Source of the DNA: Naegleria gruberi
Taxonomy: Eukaryota
Assembly: GCA_000004985.1 (NCBI GenBank)
Contig: GG738898.1
Reading direction: 5' to 3' (one strand)
Length of the DNA stretch: 64,000 nt
Part shown: one piece after another, positions 45,245-55,439 of the stretch
Position numbering within the stretch: position 1 is the first letter of the stretch
How the letters are laid out: each line of letters starts with the position of its first letter
Translations under genes and position numbers: made by a program
Notes under the pieces: model-generated
Database searches by the model: none
What the model saw: the letters and a program-made list of their open reading frames with translations, nothing else
Told to the model about the DNA's origin: nothing

Positions 45245-47160
45245 TTACATTCGTTTAGATTTTTGTTGTTCTTTCACTTCCTCAACCTTATCATACCAAG
45301 CATCTACTCCATTACTCAAATCTTCGAGTTGATATGTTCTTCCAGGCTATTATTATGTGAATATTCCAATAAAACTATTACAATATACTTACTGTTTGAA
45401 TGTGGAACTCTCTCGAATTTTTCTTAACAACATATAATTCATTACTCCATGGTATGATACCCTTTACAATCATCTTTTCTGGGTCAATATAGAGGATACG
45501 AGGTTTATCCGTCAGTATGAGTTGTCTCTTCTTGGCAGTGAATCTTCTTCTCTTAATGACCAATGCAGTATAGACAACATTTTCATTCTTCATCAAGAAT
45601 TTACTCCATCTATCATTTAAAGAGACTGTCAAATCACTACTAGAAGCTCCCGATATTGTGCTTCTCAAATTTCCATCCAGAACAATGCCAGAAGTAGTTG
45701 GTGAAGGAGAAGATGAAGATGCAGTGCTCACTGAAGAGCGGAAATTTCTTACATTGGTATCAATACTGTCATTTGAGACATGAGATCCATTGATAAATGA
45801 AAGATTAGGACCTGCATATCTTTCATTAATGAGTGGTGGAACCATTTGTTGGAGAACATCAAAATTAATTCCCTCAAAGAATGGATGTTGTTTGAGAGAG
45901 CTCATTCCTCCTCTTTGTCTACTTCCTAATCTATTTTCTGCTTCAAATGCACAAACTTGTCTTATAAAATCAACTGCAACTGGATCCAAATCTTCTTCAT
46001 CGTCAATTATCAATCCTTCTCTTTCTATTGCTGTAATCTTTTGGAAAATTAAATATTGTGACTCTCCATCGAATAATTGTTTACCAGTCAAAAAATTATA
46101 TAAAATACAGCCAAGTGCCCAAATATCTGAACTTTCAGATTGTGGCAAATCTTTAAGAATTTCTGGAGAAACATAGTGAGCTGTACCAACAAAAGTACCT
46201 TTCACATAAAGAACTGGTTCTTCAAATTCTTCGCCATCAGATGTTAGTGGTTTTGTCAACTTTAAAATCTTGGCAGTACCAAAATCTGTTATTTTCAAAT
46301 GTAAATCTTCACTCAAAATTAAATTTTCCGGCTAGTTTTCAACAATTGCATATTAGAATCAATATACGAAACTAGAAGAAACCTACTTTTAAATCTCTGT
46401 GCAATATATTCTTCGAGTGTATATGTTCAAGACCCATTATCAATTCGGCCATATAGAATCGTGAAGCATCTAACGAAAGTGGTCCATACTTTTCTATTAT
46501 TCCTGCTAATTCGCCTCCAGGAGCCAATTCCAACACAAAATCTGTTTTTTTCAAAGTATGACGTTAAGTTATATATTTAATTTATATATGATGATATGAT
46601 GATGAACGTAATAATTATTATAATATTAAAGAGTATTATATAGTATTATATTGTAATAAAAATCAAAAAGTTGTTATAATGTTGATGATGATGATGAAAA
46701 TATTCATATTTGGTTATTCCATCATCCACGCAAAAACAAAAAATCATATATAATAGTTTTTTGATCGGTATTATAAACATGTATATTCATCCGCCAGAGT
46801 TTCATCATTACCATCATCATCATTAAAATTATTAAATAATATATTAAATAATATATTAAATATTAAATATATGAATAAATATCACAAAGCCTTTGAAAAA
46901 AACAACAACCTACACAAATGATCCTTATCCTGATAGGTACAAAACAATGAAATTATATTCGGATGACTCAACATGTTGAGAACTTCCTTCTCCATCTTGA
47001 CCGTATTGATTTTCTTCTCCTTAATGACGAAATCCTTCTTGATGACTTTTGTGGCGTAGTGTGTGCCGGATTTCTTGTATTTGGTTAGGAAAACTTCGCT
47101 GTAGGCTCCCTTGCCGAGTTGTTTGAGAAAGTCAAAGTCTTCTCGTGTGTATTTGGACAT
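45245..47160 (-). CDS. PDK1: PDK1-type AGC protein kinase with C-terminal PH domain. Exons: 46914..47160, 46387..46541, 45393..46331, 45245..45346.
   Basis: FDFLKQLGKGAYSEVFL..YATKVIKK; DKDHL|YFVLELAPGGEL; HRDLK|PENLILSEDLHLKITDFGTAK; SFVGTAHYVSPEIL; YLIFQKI. PH-domain match RRRFTAKKRQLILTDKPRILYIDPEKMIVKGIIPWS and, in the last exon, PGRTYQLEDLSNGVDAWYDKVEEV. Introns are 371, 55 and 46 nt (GTAGGT, GTAGGT, GTAAGT donors). Confidence 0.85.
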
Positions 47161-47873
47161 TTTTTTTTTTGTGTTATTGCTTAAATGTTGCCGTTGTGAA
47201 GTTGGACGAAAGTGGACGAATTTTTCTAGAGTGGACTTTTTGGGTTTTTGACAAGTTGAATTACGAGAATGTTTTCTTATCTTGGAAATATAGGAAAGGA
47301 GTGTTTCGGAAGAGAATGATAGATCTGGTTGAATGTAGTTCCAAAGCATTTCCACAAAAGTTTATTCGAAACTATAGAAAATATTAAAAATATCAACAGA
47401 TCTATTGTTTTTATGCAAAATGATACATCTATATCTTTGCAGAAATTGGATTTTCAATTTAAAACCTAACAAACTTTCATTCTTTTCCTCAATTTTTGTT
47501 TTAAAAAGAGTTTCGTATCTCTATTGAGCTCCTTAGTGAACAAGAAATTTAAATCTCTTTTGTATAAACATTACCATTGATGTTTCTTCCATAAAATTGC
47601 ATTTGACAGAGTCCATATTTTGATTTTGCTTTACAATTCAAAAACTTGCAAGACCAATAAATCTCTCAAAGATGTTGATTTACTATTTTTAGCTCGCAAA
47701 TTGAAAAAAAAAGTTTAAACGTTCATTGACAATTTTTCTCTCCATGGAATTTATTCAATCTTCTTCTTGTAAATAATAGAACACACATCAGCAATATATT
47801 AAAACAACGACAACAAATATTTGTAGTAGTAACTTTATATTAGTAATTATTAATTTATTAATCGTCTGAGAAA

Positions 47874-48470
47874 ATGATTGGAAAGTTGTTAATGAAAAAG
47901 CAGAGTAGAACCAATTTACTGGATAATTCATCATCACCCTCTAGTAATACTGTTATTCATTCTAATCCTTCGTCACCTTCATTAGATCTTCATTCTAATT
48001 CTTTTCATCACCATCAACAGGAAGCAGCAACATTTGTCAATTTGGTGGTGGATCAGAGTAAGGATTCATCTTCTCTAGAAAAGCAAAAGCGAATAGAAAA
48101 GCTCAAGATACAATATCCCAAATTGTTTGAGGAGGTTTTTGAGGAGGAAGATGAGGCTGACATTTGTCCAATTTGTTTGGAGTTGTATACGAGGGATAAT
48201 CCTCAGATATTGTGCAAGTGCTCTCATGGATTTCATTTTCAATGTAGTGAGGAGTGGAAACAACGTTCGAATGAATGTCCTGTTTGTTTCAGAAAGTTGA
48301 TTTACATGTATGAGGATGAAGAGTTGCCACCAGTTGAAAAGAATCGAAATGAAAAGAAGCAAAACCCAACAATCATGATGAGGGAACCTCTCTATTATAG
48401 TGAAGATAGACCAAGAAGAGGATTCTTTGGAACTATACTTTCAAAGTATGTAATAATTGTCAGTGATTGA
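47874..48470 (+). CDS. RING-H2 finger E3 ubiquitin ligase-like protein
   Basis: CPICLELYTRDNPQILCKCSHGFHFQCSEEWKQRSNECPVC is a C3H2C3 RING-H2 pattern. ATG at 47874. Confidence 0.75.
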   Translation: MIGKLLMKKQSRTNLLDNSSSPSSNTVIHSNPSSPSLDLHSNSFHHHQQEAATFVNLVVDQSKDSSSLEKQKRIEKLKIQYPKLFEEVFEEEDEADICPICLELYTRDNPQILCKCSHGFHFQCSEEWKQRSNECPVCFRKLIYMYEDEELPPVEKNRNEKKQNPTIMMREPLYYSEDRPRRGFFGTILSKYVIIVSD

Positions 48471-48637
48471 AATTTACATTTTTCTGTTGTTTAGATTATG
48501 TTGCTGTTGCTTTTAATTATGCGAGCTCAATATGTATTATTGAGATATTAACCTATTTCTATTTATTGTTCATTTCAAACTATTGCAATTTAACACTATG
48601 GATATTATAAGGATTGTGGGCACTTTTCAAATTACTA

Positions 48638-48838
48638 TTATTTTTCAGTATTAATATTGCTTGGCCTTCTGTATTCCTTCTGAAAATTTTTAAATTGTTT
48701 CCAAACACCACAATCTTCTGAATGTTGTTCATTTTCATTGTTCATAAACTTTGGTTTGTAATCCTTGACGATTCTTTCAACATCGTAATTCTTGTATACG
48801 TACAAGCCACTTGCAAATCCAGCAAGAAAGCACCACAT
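48638..48838 (-). CDS. Small (66 aa) hypothetical protein with an N-terminal hydrophobic segment
   Basis: ORF with ATG. FLAGFASGLYVY looks TM-like. No family assigned. Confidence 0.3.
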   Translation of the reverse strand: MWCFLAGFASGLYVYKNYDVERIVKDYKPKFMNNENEQHSEDCGVWKQFKNFQKEYRRPSNINTEK

Positions 48839-49063
48839 TTTATTCTATTCAATTGATTTATTAAGGAGGTATTTTTTTGTGAATTACATTGCTACTTGAC
48901 AGATTAACTATTTATACTTTCTGTAATCTTTGAAAATGATTGAATTATAGGATTGTGAATTTTTGATAGAGGTCAATCTGAAACACGTGTTCTGTTTGGA
49001 ATCATAAATAGAAGCGCACATTAAGCAAACTGTGTTGGAAAATTGAATCAAATTGATAGGTCC

Positions 49064-49546
49064 TTATTCATTCTTTAAGAGTTTATGAATGTGTTGTTGT
49101 AAGGTTACAATATCCTGAGTCAATTCATCAATTCCATCCTTTGCATTGGTTCTGGAATTATCATCATCTGATTGTTTGCTATAATCACCATTTTTAATCT
49201 GATCAATTTCACTTGTTGTAGCAACCTTTCTAATACCTGAATGATATTCCAAATCTCTTTGTAACAATTCAATAGTGTGATCCTTTTTGAGTAATTCAAT
49301 TTCATGTTGATGGTGCACTTGGAGAAGATGAATTTCAAACTCCCTTTGGAGTAGCACAATCTGATGATGAGCATTTTCCAATTGCTTTCTTAATTCACTG
49401 ATAAGAAGTGAATTATCAGCCAATGAATCATTCAATAATTCAATTGAAGATACCGATGATTGCATTCCCATCATAGGATAATTTTCCTTAATGGAAAAAC
49501 AGCAGTTAGTTAGAGTTTCATCTTGCTCTTTTGTTTCAACGATCAT
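49064..49546 (-). CDS. Hypothetical coiled-coil protein (160 aa)
   Basis: ATG at 49546. Heptad-like Leu/Gln/His-rich repeats. Confidence 0.4.
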   Translation of the reverse strand: MIVETKEQDETLTNCCFSIKENYPMMGMQSSVSSIELLNDSLADNSLLISELRKQLENAHHQIVLLQREFEIHLLQVHHQHEIELLKKDHTIELLQRDLEYHSGIRKVATTSEIDQIKNGDYSKQSDDDNSRTNAKDGIDELTQDIVTLQQHIHKLLKNE

Positions 49547-49881
49547 TTTTGTGAGTTTCTTTAAGGTTAATTGAGGATATTTTTTAAATATGAAAATTCT
49601 TCAACAGCTCTTTCACACTGTAATACATCTTATCGGCATGTATCTCTTTAAGAATTGAATTAATTGCTGTTATTTGGTGGAAACTAAAGCTCTATTATTT
49701 ATTTGGCAACGTAAATCACATGGTTTTACAATCAAACACAATATATACAATAAGCAAATACTACTTACCTTTTCAATGTAATGAATTGTTCAAGCATAAC
49801 CAGAATAATGCTCGATTTCAATTATTTCATCAAAGAATCCTTCCCAACTAACCGTTACTCAAACTTAAAATTTGAAAAAAA

Positions 49882-51868
49882 ATGCCGCCAAAAAAAAGTA
49901 AATCTGTTGCTGTTGTTGATAATGAAAATTCTTCATCACCAACCAAGAGAGTTTCCTGTGCAAAGAGTTTTCTTTTTTCTCATGATGAGAGAGGACACAT
50001 CTGGAGGAATTTAATCAATTGGTACGATAATAATAAGAAGGATTTACCTTGGAGAAAAACAATTAAAAGTGCCGATGATGAAGATGATGATGTAAAGGCT
50101 ACGGAAGAACTTCATCAGAGAGCCTATGAAGTGCTGGTGAGTGAGATTATGTTGCAGCAAACTCAGGTAGAAACAGTCAAGACTTACTTTCTCAAGTGGA
50201 TGAAAAGATTTCCGACAGTTAAGGATTTGGCTGATGCTACTGTTGATGATGCTGTTGGAATTTGGAGTGGTCTTGGTAAGTTTTATTCAATGATTTATCA
50301 ATATTAATTTGAATATATATTTAACTATTTAATTATTGCCAATAATATTAAATATATTAAAATTGAAACTCTTTGGAAAATTAATTTATATTAATATTAA
50401 TATTATAATAGGATATTACAGAAGAGCCAGATATTTGTACAATGCTGCAAAGTATATAGTGGAAAAGATTAACAAACCAATTAAAAACGAGGAAATAATA
50501 TCCGATGATGAAGATGATGATGAGGAAAAGAAACGAATCATTTACAAATTACCAGACAATGTGAAGGATTTAATGCAATTACCAGGTGTTGGAAGGTATA
50601 CTGCTGGAGCTATCGCTTCCATTGCATTTTCAAGGACTGCCTCTGTGGTGGATGGTAATGTTTTTCGTGTATTTGCCAGATTAAAGAGGATTGAGGAAGA
50701 TATTGCAGTTAACAAGACAGCCAATACTGTATTTTGGCCAATGGCAGACAATTTAATTCAACACTATAGAGATATTGAAGATACAGTGCTGGAGAAGGAA
50801 GATTTGGAACTCAAACATAGATACAATGTGACTGGAGATTTTAATCAGGCTGTTATGGAGCTGGGAAGAACAGTATGCATTCCAAGAAATCCTAAATGTA
50901 CAGAATGTCCTCTTGCTGAGGTTTGTGAGGCAAATAAGGCATTGGAAAAGGAGGAAATTGCCACTGTTGAAATTTATCCAGTGAAAAACAAAAAGACCAA
51001 AAAGAGAACTCAAGTTGTTTCATGTTGCATTTTCTATAAGGAGGGAGATGTTGATAGTTGCCTCTTTGAAAAACGACCAAAGGAGACTCTATTGGGTGGA
51101 ACGTGGCATTTTCCATTTGTTATCATTCAAGATACCAAAGCAGAGGAAGAAGAAAATGAAGAAGATAGTGAGGATGAAGAGGGATCTAAAAAGAAGAAAC
51201 CAAAAAAGCAAGCCAAAAAGACTAAGGCAACAACAAAAGCAGCAGCCTCCTCATCTGAATCAGAACATTTTATCAAACTGAAAGAATTTCTTGTGAAGGA
51301 GGGATTTGTTCAAGACAAGTCGATACCTTTCGAATATCATGCCAGTGTGGATCATGTATTTACTCATATCAATCAGACAAATCATATTTACAGTTGCAGT
51401 GACAAGTATCTGATAAAGGATTTGGAAGATTCAAACAGTGAAGAAGATCAATGGAAGTGGTTTGCAAACTCACAAAGAAAGAGCCAAGGTATTTCAACTG
51501 TTGCCTCAAAGATTTTCAAACAATTCAAAAAGACTTTCAAGAATCAAGATGCTTCACCAATCACTCCTCCAAAGGTCAGATTCAAGACTAAATCTCCATT
51601 CAAATCAACAAGTGCAGAGACAAAGGAAGAAAATTCAGAATCATCTAGTTCTGATGAAGAAGTAATGAAGGATGATGAAGTTGTGAGGATAAGTAAACAG
51701 GAAGTAAAAGAGAAAGTCAAAGATGAAATTAAGCAAGTCAAGATGGAAACTAGACTGTCCAAAAGAGTTGCTAAAAGAACAAGTGAAGAATCAGCCAATC
51801 AATCTGCCAATGAAACACCATCTAAGAAGAAGAAACAAACCAGCATTTCTTCATTTTTCAAGAAATAG
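49882..51868 (+). CDS. MUTYH: MutY/MUTYH adenine DNA glycosylase with a C-terminal MutT/NUDIX-like domain and a Lys/Glu-rich tail. Exons: 49882..50275, 50412..51868.
   Basis: LVSEIMLQQTQVETVKTYFLKWMKRFPTVKDLADA..IWSGLG|YYRRARYLYNAAK (136-nt intron, phase 1). HhH-GPD LPGVGRYTAGAIASIAF, VDGNVFRVFAR. 4Fe-4S motif CIPRNPKCTECPLAEVC. Confidence 0.9.
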
Positions 51869-51937
51869 TAACTAGTGAATGTAAATAAACCCTTAATTTA
51901 TTTCTTAAAGGTTTTTTTTAATTCAGAATTTAATCTT

Positions 51938-54900
51938 CTAATGATGATTTGGATCAAAAACGATTGGACCAATACAATTGACAAGATTTTGGTAATTAGG
52001 ATCACGAGTATTGTTTGCATGACTTGCACTGGCCTTTTTCTTTTCACAGGCCTTTCCCAACATCATCATTAAAAGTTCCTTTGAAAGATCTTCATCAGAT
52101 TCATCATCTGGAGCAATCATTTCGAATACTCTTTCCATAATGGAAGGATACAAACGTAAAAGATCGTATGAATCTACAGAATGACCGTACATGGCCTCAT
52201 CGAATGGTTCTCCTTCTCCATAACTGTCACAATCAGGAGCAACAAAGCATAATGGTAAGACACTTTCAATAAATCTCAAAATACAATGTTGATGACTTGT
52301 AAGACCAGTAATTTGCCATGTTGGATGTAATTCATCATCTTTTTCTTGGTCATATCTTTGAGAAGATAATTCTGCTTGTCTCTTTCTTGCATCCTCCTCT
52401 TCAGTTTCATTAAAGAGTTTTTTCACACGATTGGCTTCAGATCTTTCAATTTTAGAAATTATCAATTTGACACAAGTATCATGGAAAATGTAGAGGAATC
52501 TCTTGTGTTTTCTTTCAGATGAAGGAATGGACTTGATCTCAGGGAGATGTTGATACAATGCTTGTTCAGTCATTTTAAAAACACCCAATGCTTTCATAAA
52601 AGATTTCTCATTAACCTCTTGCATTTGCTTCTTTGTGAGCTTGGTAACTCCTTCAATGTAGAGAATTGGAAGATCATTTTGAGGAGCACACTTGCAAATT
52701 CTATCAGAATGTCCAGTACAGCATTTTCTATAAAGATCATGAAGGGACATGTCCGACAAGTGAAGGAATTTACAATTCTTTCCATTACCACATGATTGAA
52801 TAGAACTGTGCTTCATGCAAACCTCGGTCTTTTTTTGAGGAGCTTGAGGTTCAGGAATAATTTCTACAACTTCCTTCTTTTTGCTCTTTGGTGTGGTGAG
52901 TGGAGGAAATTCGTCAGGATGTTCCTGTTGATACTTGATATAGAATGATCTGTCGTGTGAGTATGGGCAAATTCCAGATCCAAATTTACACTTTCCTTTA
53001 AAGTGATCTCTACAAGGTTTGTTATAACCCTCCTCTTTAGCTTCAGTTTTAGTTTTGGTTTCAACCTTTTCCACTTTCTCAGGTTCAGGTTTTTCCTTCT
53101 CTTCCTTTTTAGGTTGTGGTGTTGGTTCATTCTTCTTCTTGTTCTTATTTTTCTTGGAATTTTTGGAAGAAACTGGTTGTGTTTGGGTTTGTTTTTTGGT
53201 AGTCTTTTCACTTGATTGAATTTCTGCAGGAACACTCTCAAGCACACTGAAAGAGTTTGATGAAGATGCTAATGGTATCTTGTCTGGAATTTCCTCGAGG
53301 ACTTTCTTCTTCTTACCAGAAGATGAGGTTGTAAACGAATTATTTTTGGATTTGGAAGAAGTGTCCAAATTTCTCAAATATTCCAACTCAAATTCTCTTT
53401 GAAGCTTTTTAGCCAACTCTTCATCAAGTTTCTCTTGTTCACTCTTTTCCTCCTTCTCTAGTTTTGGTGTTTCCACGAGCGGCTTTACTTCCTGGGCAGC
53501 TTTGGCTTTATCATTCTTTTTCTTGGATTTGGATTTTTGTGAAACTGGTTGTGGCTCTGGTTTTTTCTTGGCTGACTCCTTATTCTTATCACTAGGTGTT
53601 GTAGAATTGATTTCAGGGGTGCTGACTACTGTTNNNNNNNNNNNNNNNNNNNNNNNNNNNNNNNNNNNNNNNNNNNNNNNNNNNNNNNNNNNNNNNNNNN
53701 NNNNNNNNNNNNNNNNNNNNNNNNNNNNNNNNNNNNNNNNNNNNNNNNNNNNNNNNNNNNNNNNNNNNNNNNNNNNNNNNNNNNNNNNNNNNNNNNNNNN
53801 NNNNNNNNNNNNNNNNNNNNNNNNNNNNNNNNNNNNNNNNNNNNNNNNNNNNNNNNNNNNNNNNNNNNNNNNNNNNNNNNNNNNNNNNNNNNNNNNNNNN
53901 NNNNNNNNNNNNNNNNNNNNNNNNNNNNNNNNNNNNNNNNNNNNNNNNNNNNNNNNNNNNNNNNNNNNNNNNNNNNNNNNNNNNNNNNNNNNNNNNNNNN
54001 NNNNNNNNNNNNNNNNNNNNNNNNNNNNNNNNNNNNNNNNNNNNNNNNNNNNNNNNNNNNNNNNNNNNNNNNNNNNNNNNNNNNNNNNNNNNNNNNNNNN
54101 NNNNNNNNNNNNNNNNNNNNNNNNNNNNNNNNNNNNNNNNNNNNNNNNNNNNNNNNNNNNNNNNNNNNNNNNNNNNNNNNNNNNNNNNNNNNNNNNNNNN
54201 NNNNNNNNNNNNNNNNNNNNNNNNNNNNNNNNNNNNNNNNNNNNNNNNNNNNNNNNNNNNNNNNNNATTAAAAGTTGTCCTCCATTTGGGTTATTGTTCA
54301 TTAAACCACCACTAGCCGAGTTACTCACTCCAAGACCATTGTTGCCTGTTGTATTAAATCCAACAAGATTATTTCCACCACCAATATTATTATTCCATCC
54401 AAGAGCACTATTTGTATTGCCCATAGATAGATTTAGATTATTAAATTGTTGTTGTTGCTGTTGTTGAAAGGCTCTATTTCCAAAATCATTGTGAAATGAT
54501 GATAACAGGGAGCTAGAAGGATTGTTCAAATTATTGACCAATCCGCCATGTAAACCACTACTTCCACCAGTGTTTAAATTACCAGTCAGGCCATTATTAA
54601 AGGAGTTGTTACCCAAATTATTATTCACAAGGCCATTGTTGACCATATTTCCCATGGGAGGAGCATTCATTACATGATTCCTTGTGCCAATAGGTTCTGT
54701 TGTAGAGGAACCCAACAAGGACAATCCAAATGGATTTGAATTTGTATTTGTCAAATTACTATTGGATAAATTATTATTATTTCGTAAGAGATTGCTTGCT
54801 AAATTGTTATTATTACTCGGAGAATGAGAGAATAACTTGTTATTTCCCAATAATTGAAAGCCATCATTATGTGGATTATTCGTTGATATTGGTTGTTGTT

Positions 54901-55372
54901 GAGAAAGATTCAACAGAGAGTTATTATTATTCGTATTATTGTTTGTATGTGGCTGTACAAAGTGAGAATAATTCATTCCTGGAATGAGATTATTTCCTCC
55001 CAGAATTGAATTGTTGTTGTTATTATTATTATTACTATTAACATTATGATTGGTATTAGTGTAGAATAGACTACTTTGAAATCCATTCATCATTCCGTTC
55101 GTTGCTGCTGTTGGAGATGAAAGACTTGAATTTGGTGTAATATTATTATTATTTGGTTGTTGTTGATGAAGGCTATCGAGGAGACTTTTTCTATTGTTAT
55201 TCATCATGATGGAGGATGGGGAGGAATTATGTCCAATGATACCTTGTTGTACACCAACATTCAAATGAGGTGTTGTCTGTTGTGTTGGTGGTGCTCCCGA
55301 GATTGCATGTTGTTGTTGCTGATGATTTGGATTTCCAAAGGGATGAAATCCTGCTGTTGAAGGATTGAACAT
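51938..55372 (-). CDS. Tandem CCCH zinc-finger protein with a long N/Q-rich prion-like N-terminal region. Interrupted by a 633-N gap at 53634-54266.
   Basis: ATG at 55372. Poly-N/Q tracts. C-terminal CRDHFKGKCKFGSGICPYSH and CMKHSSIQSCGNGKNCKFLH (C-x8-C-x5-C-x3-H, twice), plus a conserved-looking C-terminal domain. Confidence 0.65.
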   Translation of the reverse strand: MFNPSTAGFHPFGNPNHQQQQHAISGAPPTQQTTPHLNVGVQQGIIGHNSSPSSIMMNNNRKSLLDSLHQQQPNNNNITPNSSLSSPTAATNGMMNGFQSSLFYTNTNHNVNSNNNNNNNNSILGGNNLIPGMNYSHFVQPHTNNNTNNNNSLLNLSQQQPISTNNPHNDGFQLLGNNKLFSHSPSNNNNLASNLLRNNNNLSNSNLTNTNSNPFGLSLLGSSTTEPIGTRNHVMNAPPMGNMVNNGLVNNNLGNNSFNNGLTGNLNTGGSSGLHGGLVNNLNNPSSSLLSSFHNDFGNRAFQQQQQQQFNNLNLSMGNTNSALGWNNNIGGGNNLVGFNTTGNNGLGVSNSASGGLMNNNPNGGQLLXXXXXXXXXXXXXXXXXXXXXXXXXXXXXXXXXXXXXXXXXXXXXXXXXXXXXXXXXXXXXXXXXXXXXXXXXXXXXXXXXXXXXXXXXXXXXXXXXXXXXXXXXXXXXXXXXXXXXXXXXXXXXXXXXXXXXXXXXXXXXXXXXXXXXXXXXXXXXXXXXXXXXXXXXXXXXXXXXXXXXXXXXXXXXXXXXXXXXXXXXXXXXXXXXXXXTVVSTPEINSTTPSDKNKESAKKKPEPQPVSQKSKSKKKNDKAKAAQEVKPLVETPKLEKEEKSEQEKLDEELAKKLQREFELEYLRNLDTSSKSKNNSFTTSSSGKKKKVLEEIPDKIPLASSSNSFSVLESVPAEIQSSEKTTKKQTQTQPVSSKNSKKNKNKKKNEPTPQPKKEEKEKPEPEKVEKVETKTKTEAKEEGYNKPCRDHFKGKCKFGSGICPYSHDRSFYIKYQQEHPDEFPPLTTPKSKKKEVVEIIPEPQAPQKKTEVCMKHSSIQSCGNGKNCKFLHLSDMSLHDLYRKCCTGHSDRICKCAPQNDLPILYIEGVTKLTKKQMQEVNEKSFMKALGVFKMTEQALYQHLPEIKSIPSSERKHKRFLYIFHDTCVKLIISKIERSEANRVKKLFNETEEEDARKRQAELSSQRYDQEKDDELHPTWQITGLTSHQHCILRFIESVLPLCFVAPDCDSYGEGEPFDEAMYGHSVDSYDLLRLYPSIMERVFEMIAPDDESDEDLSKELLMMMLGKACEKKKASASHANNTRDPNYQNLVNCIGPIVFDPNHH

Positions 55373-55439
55373 TTTTTTGTGTATGTTTTACAATTTTAAT
55401 TAATATTATTTGGTAAGGAGTATTTGAAAACAATGTTAT

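Noticed and set aside
46542-46912. Possible box C/D snoRNA inside the long PDK1 intron (several TGATGA motifs on the gene strand)
   Set aside because: No properly spaced CTGA box D, no terminal stem and no guide-like region. The motifs are explained by the GATGAT microsatellite.
53502-54467. 321-aa ORF spanning the 633-N gap (mostly X)
   Set aside because: Artefact of translating Ns. It is antisense to the CCCH gene.
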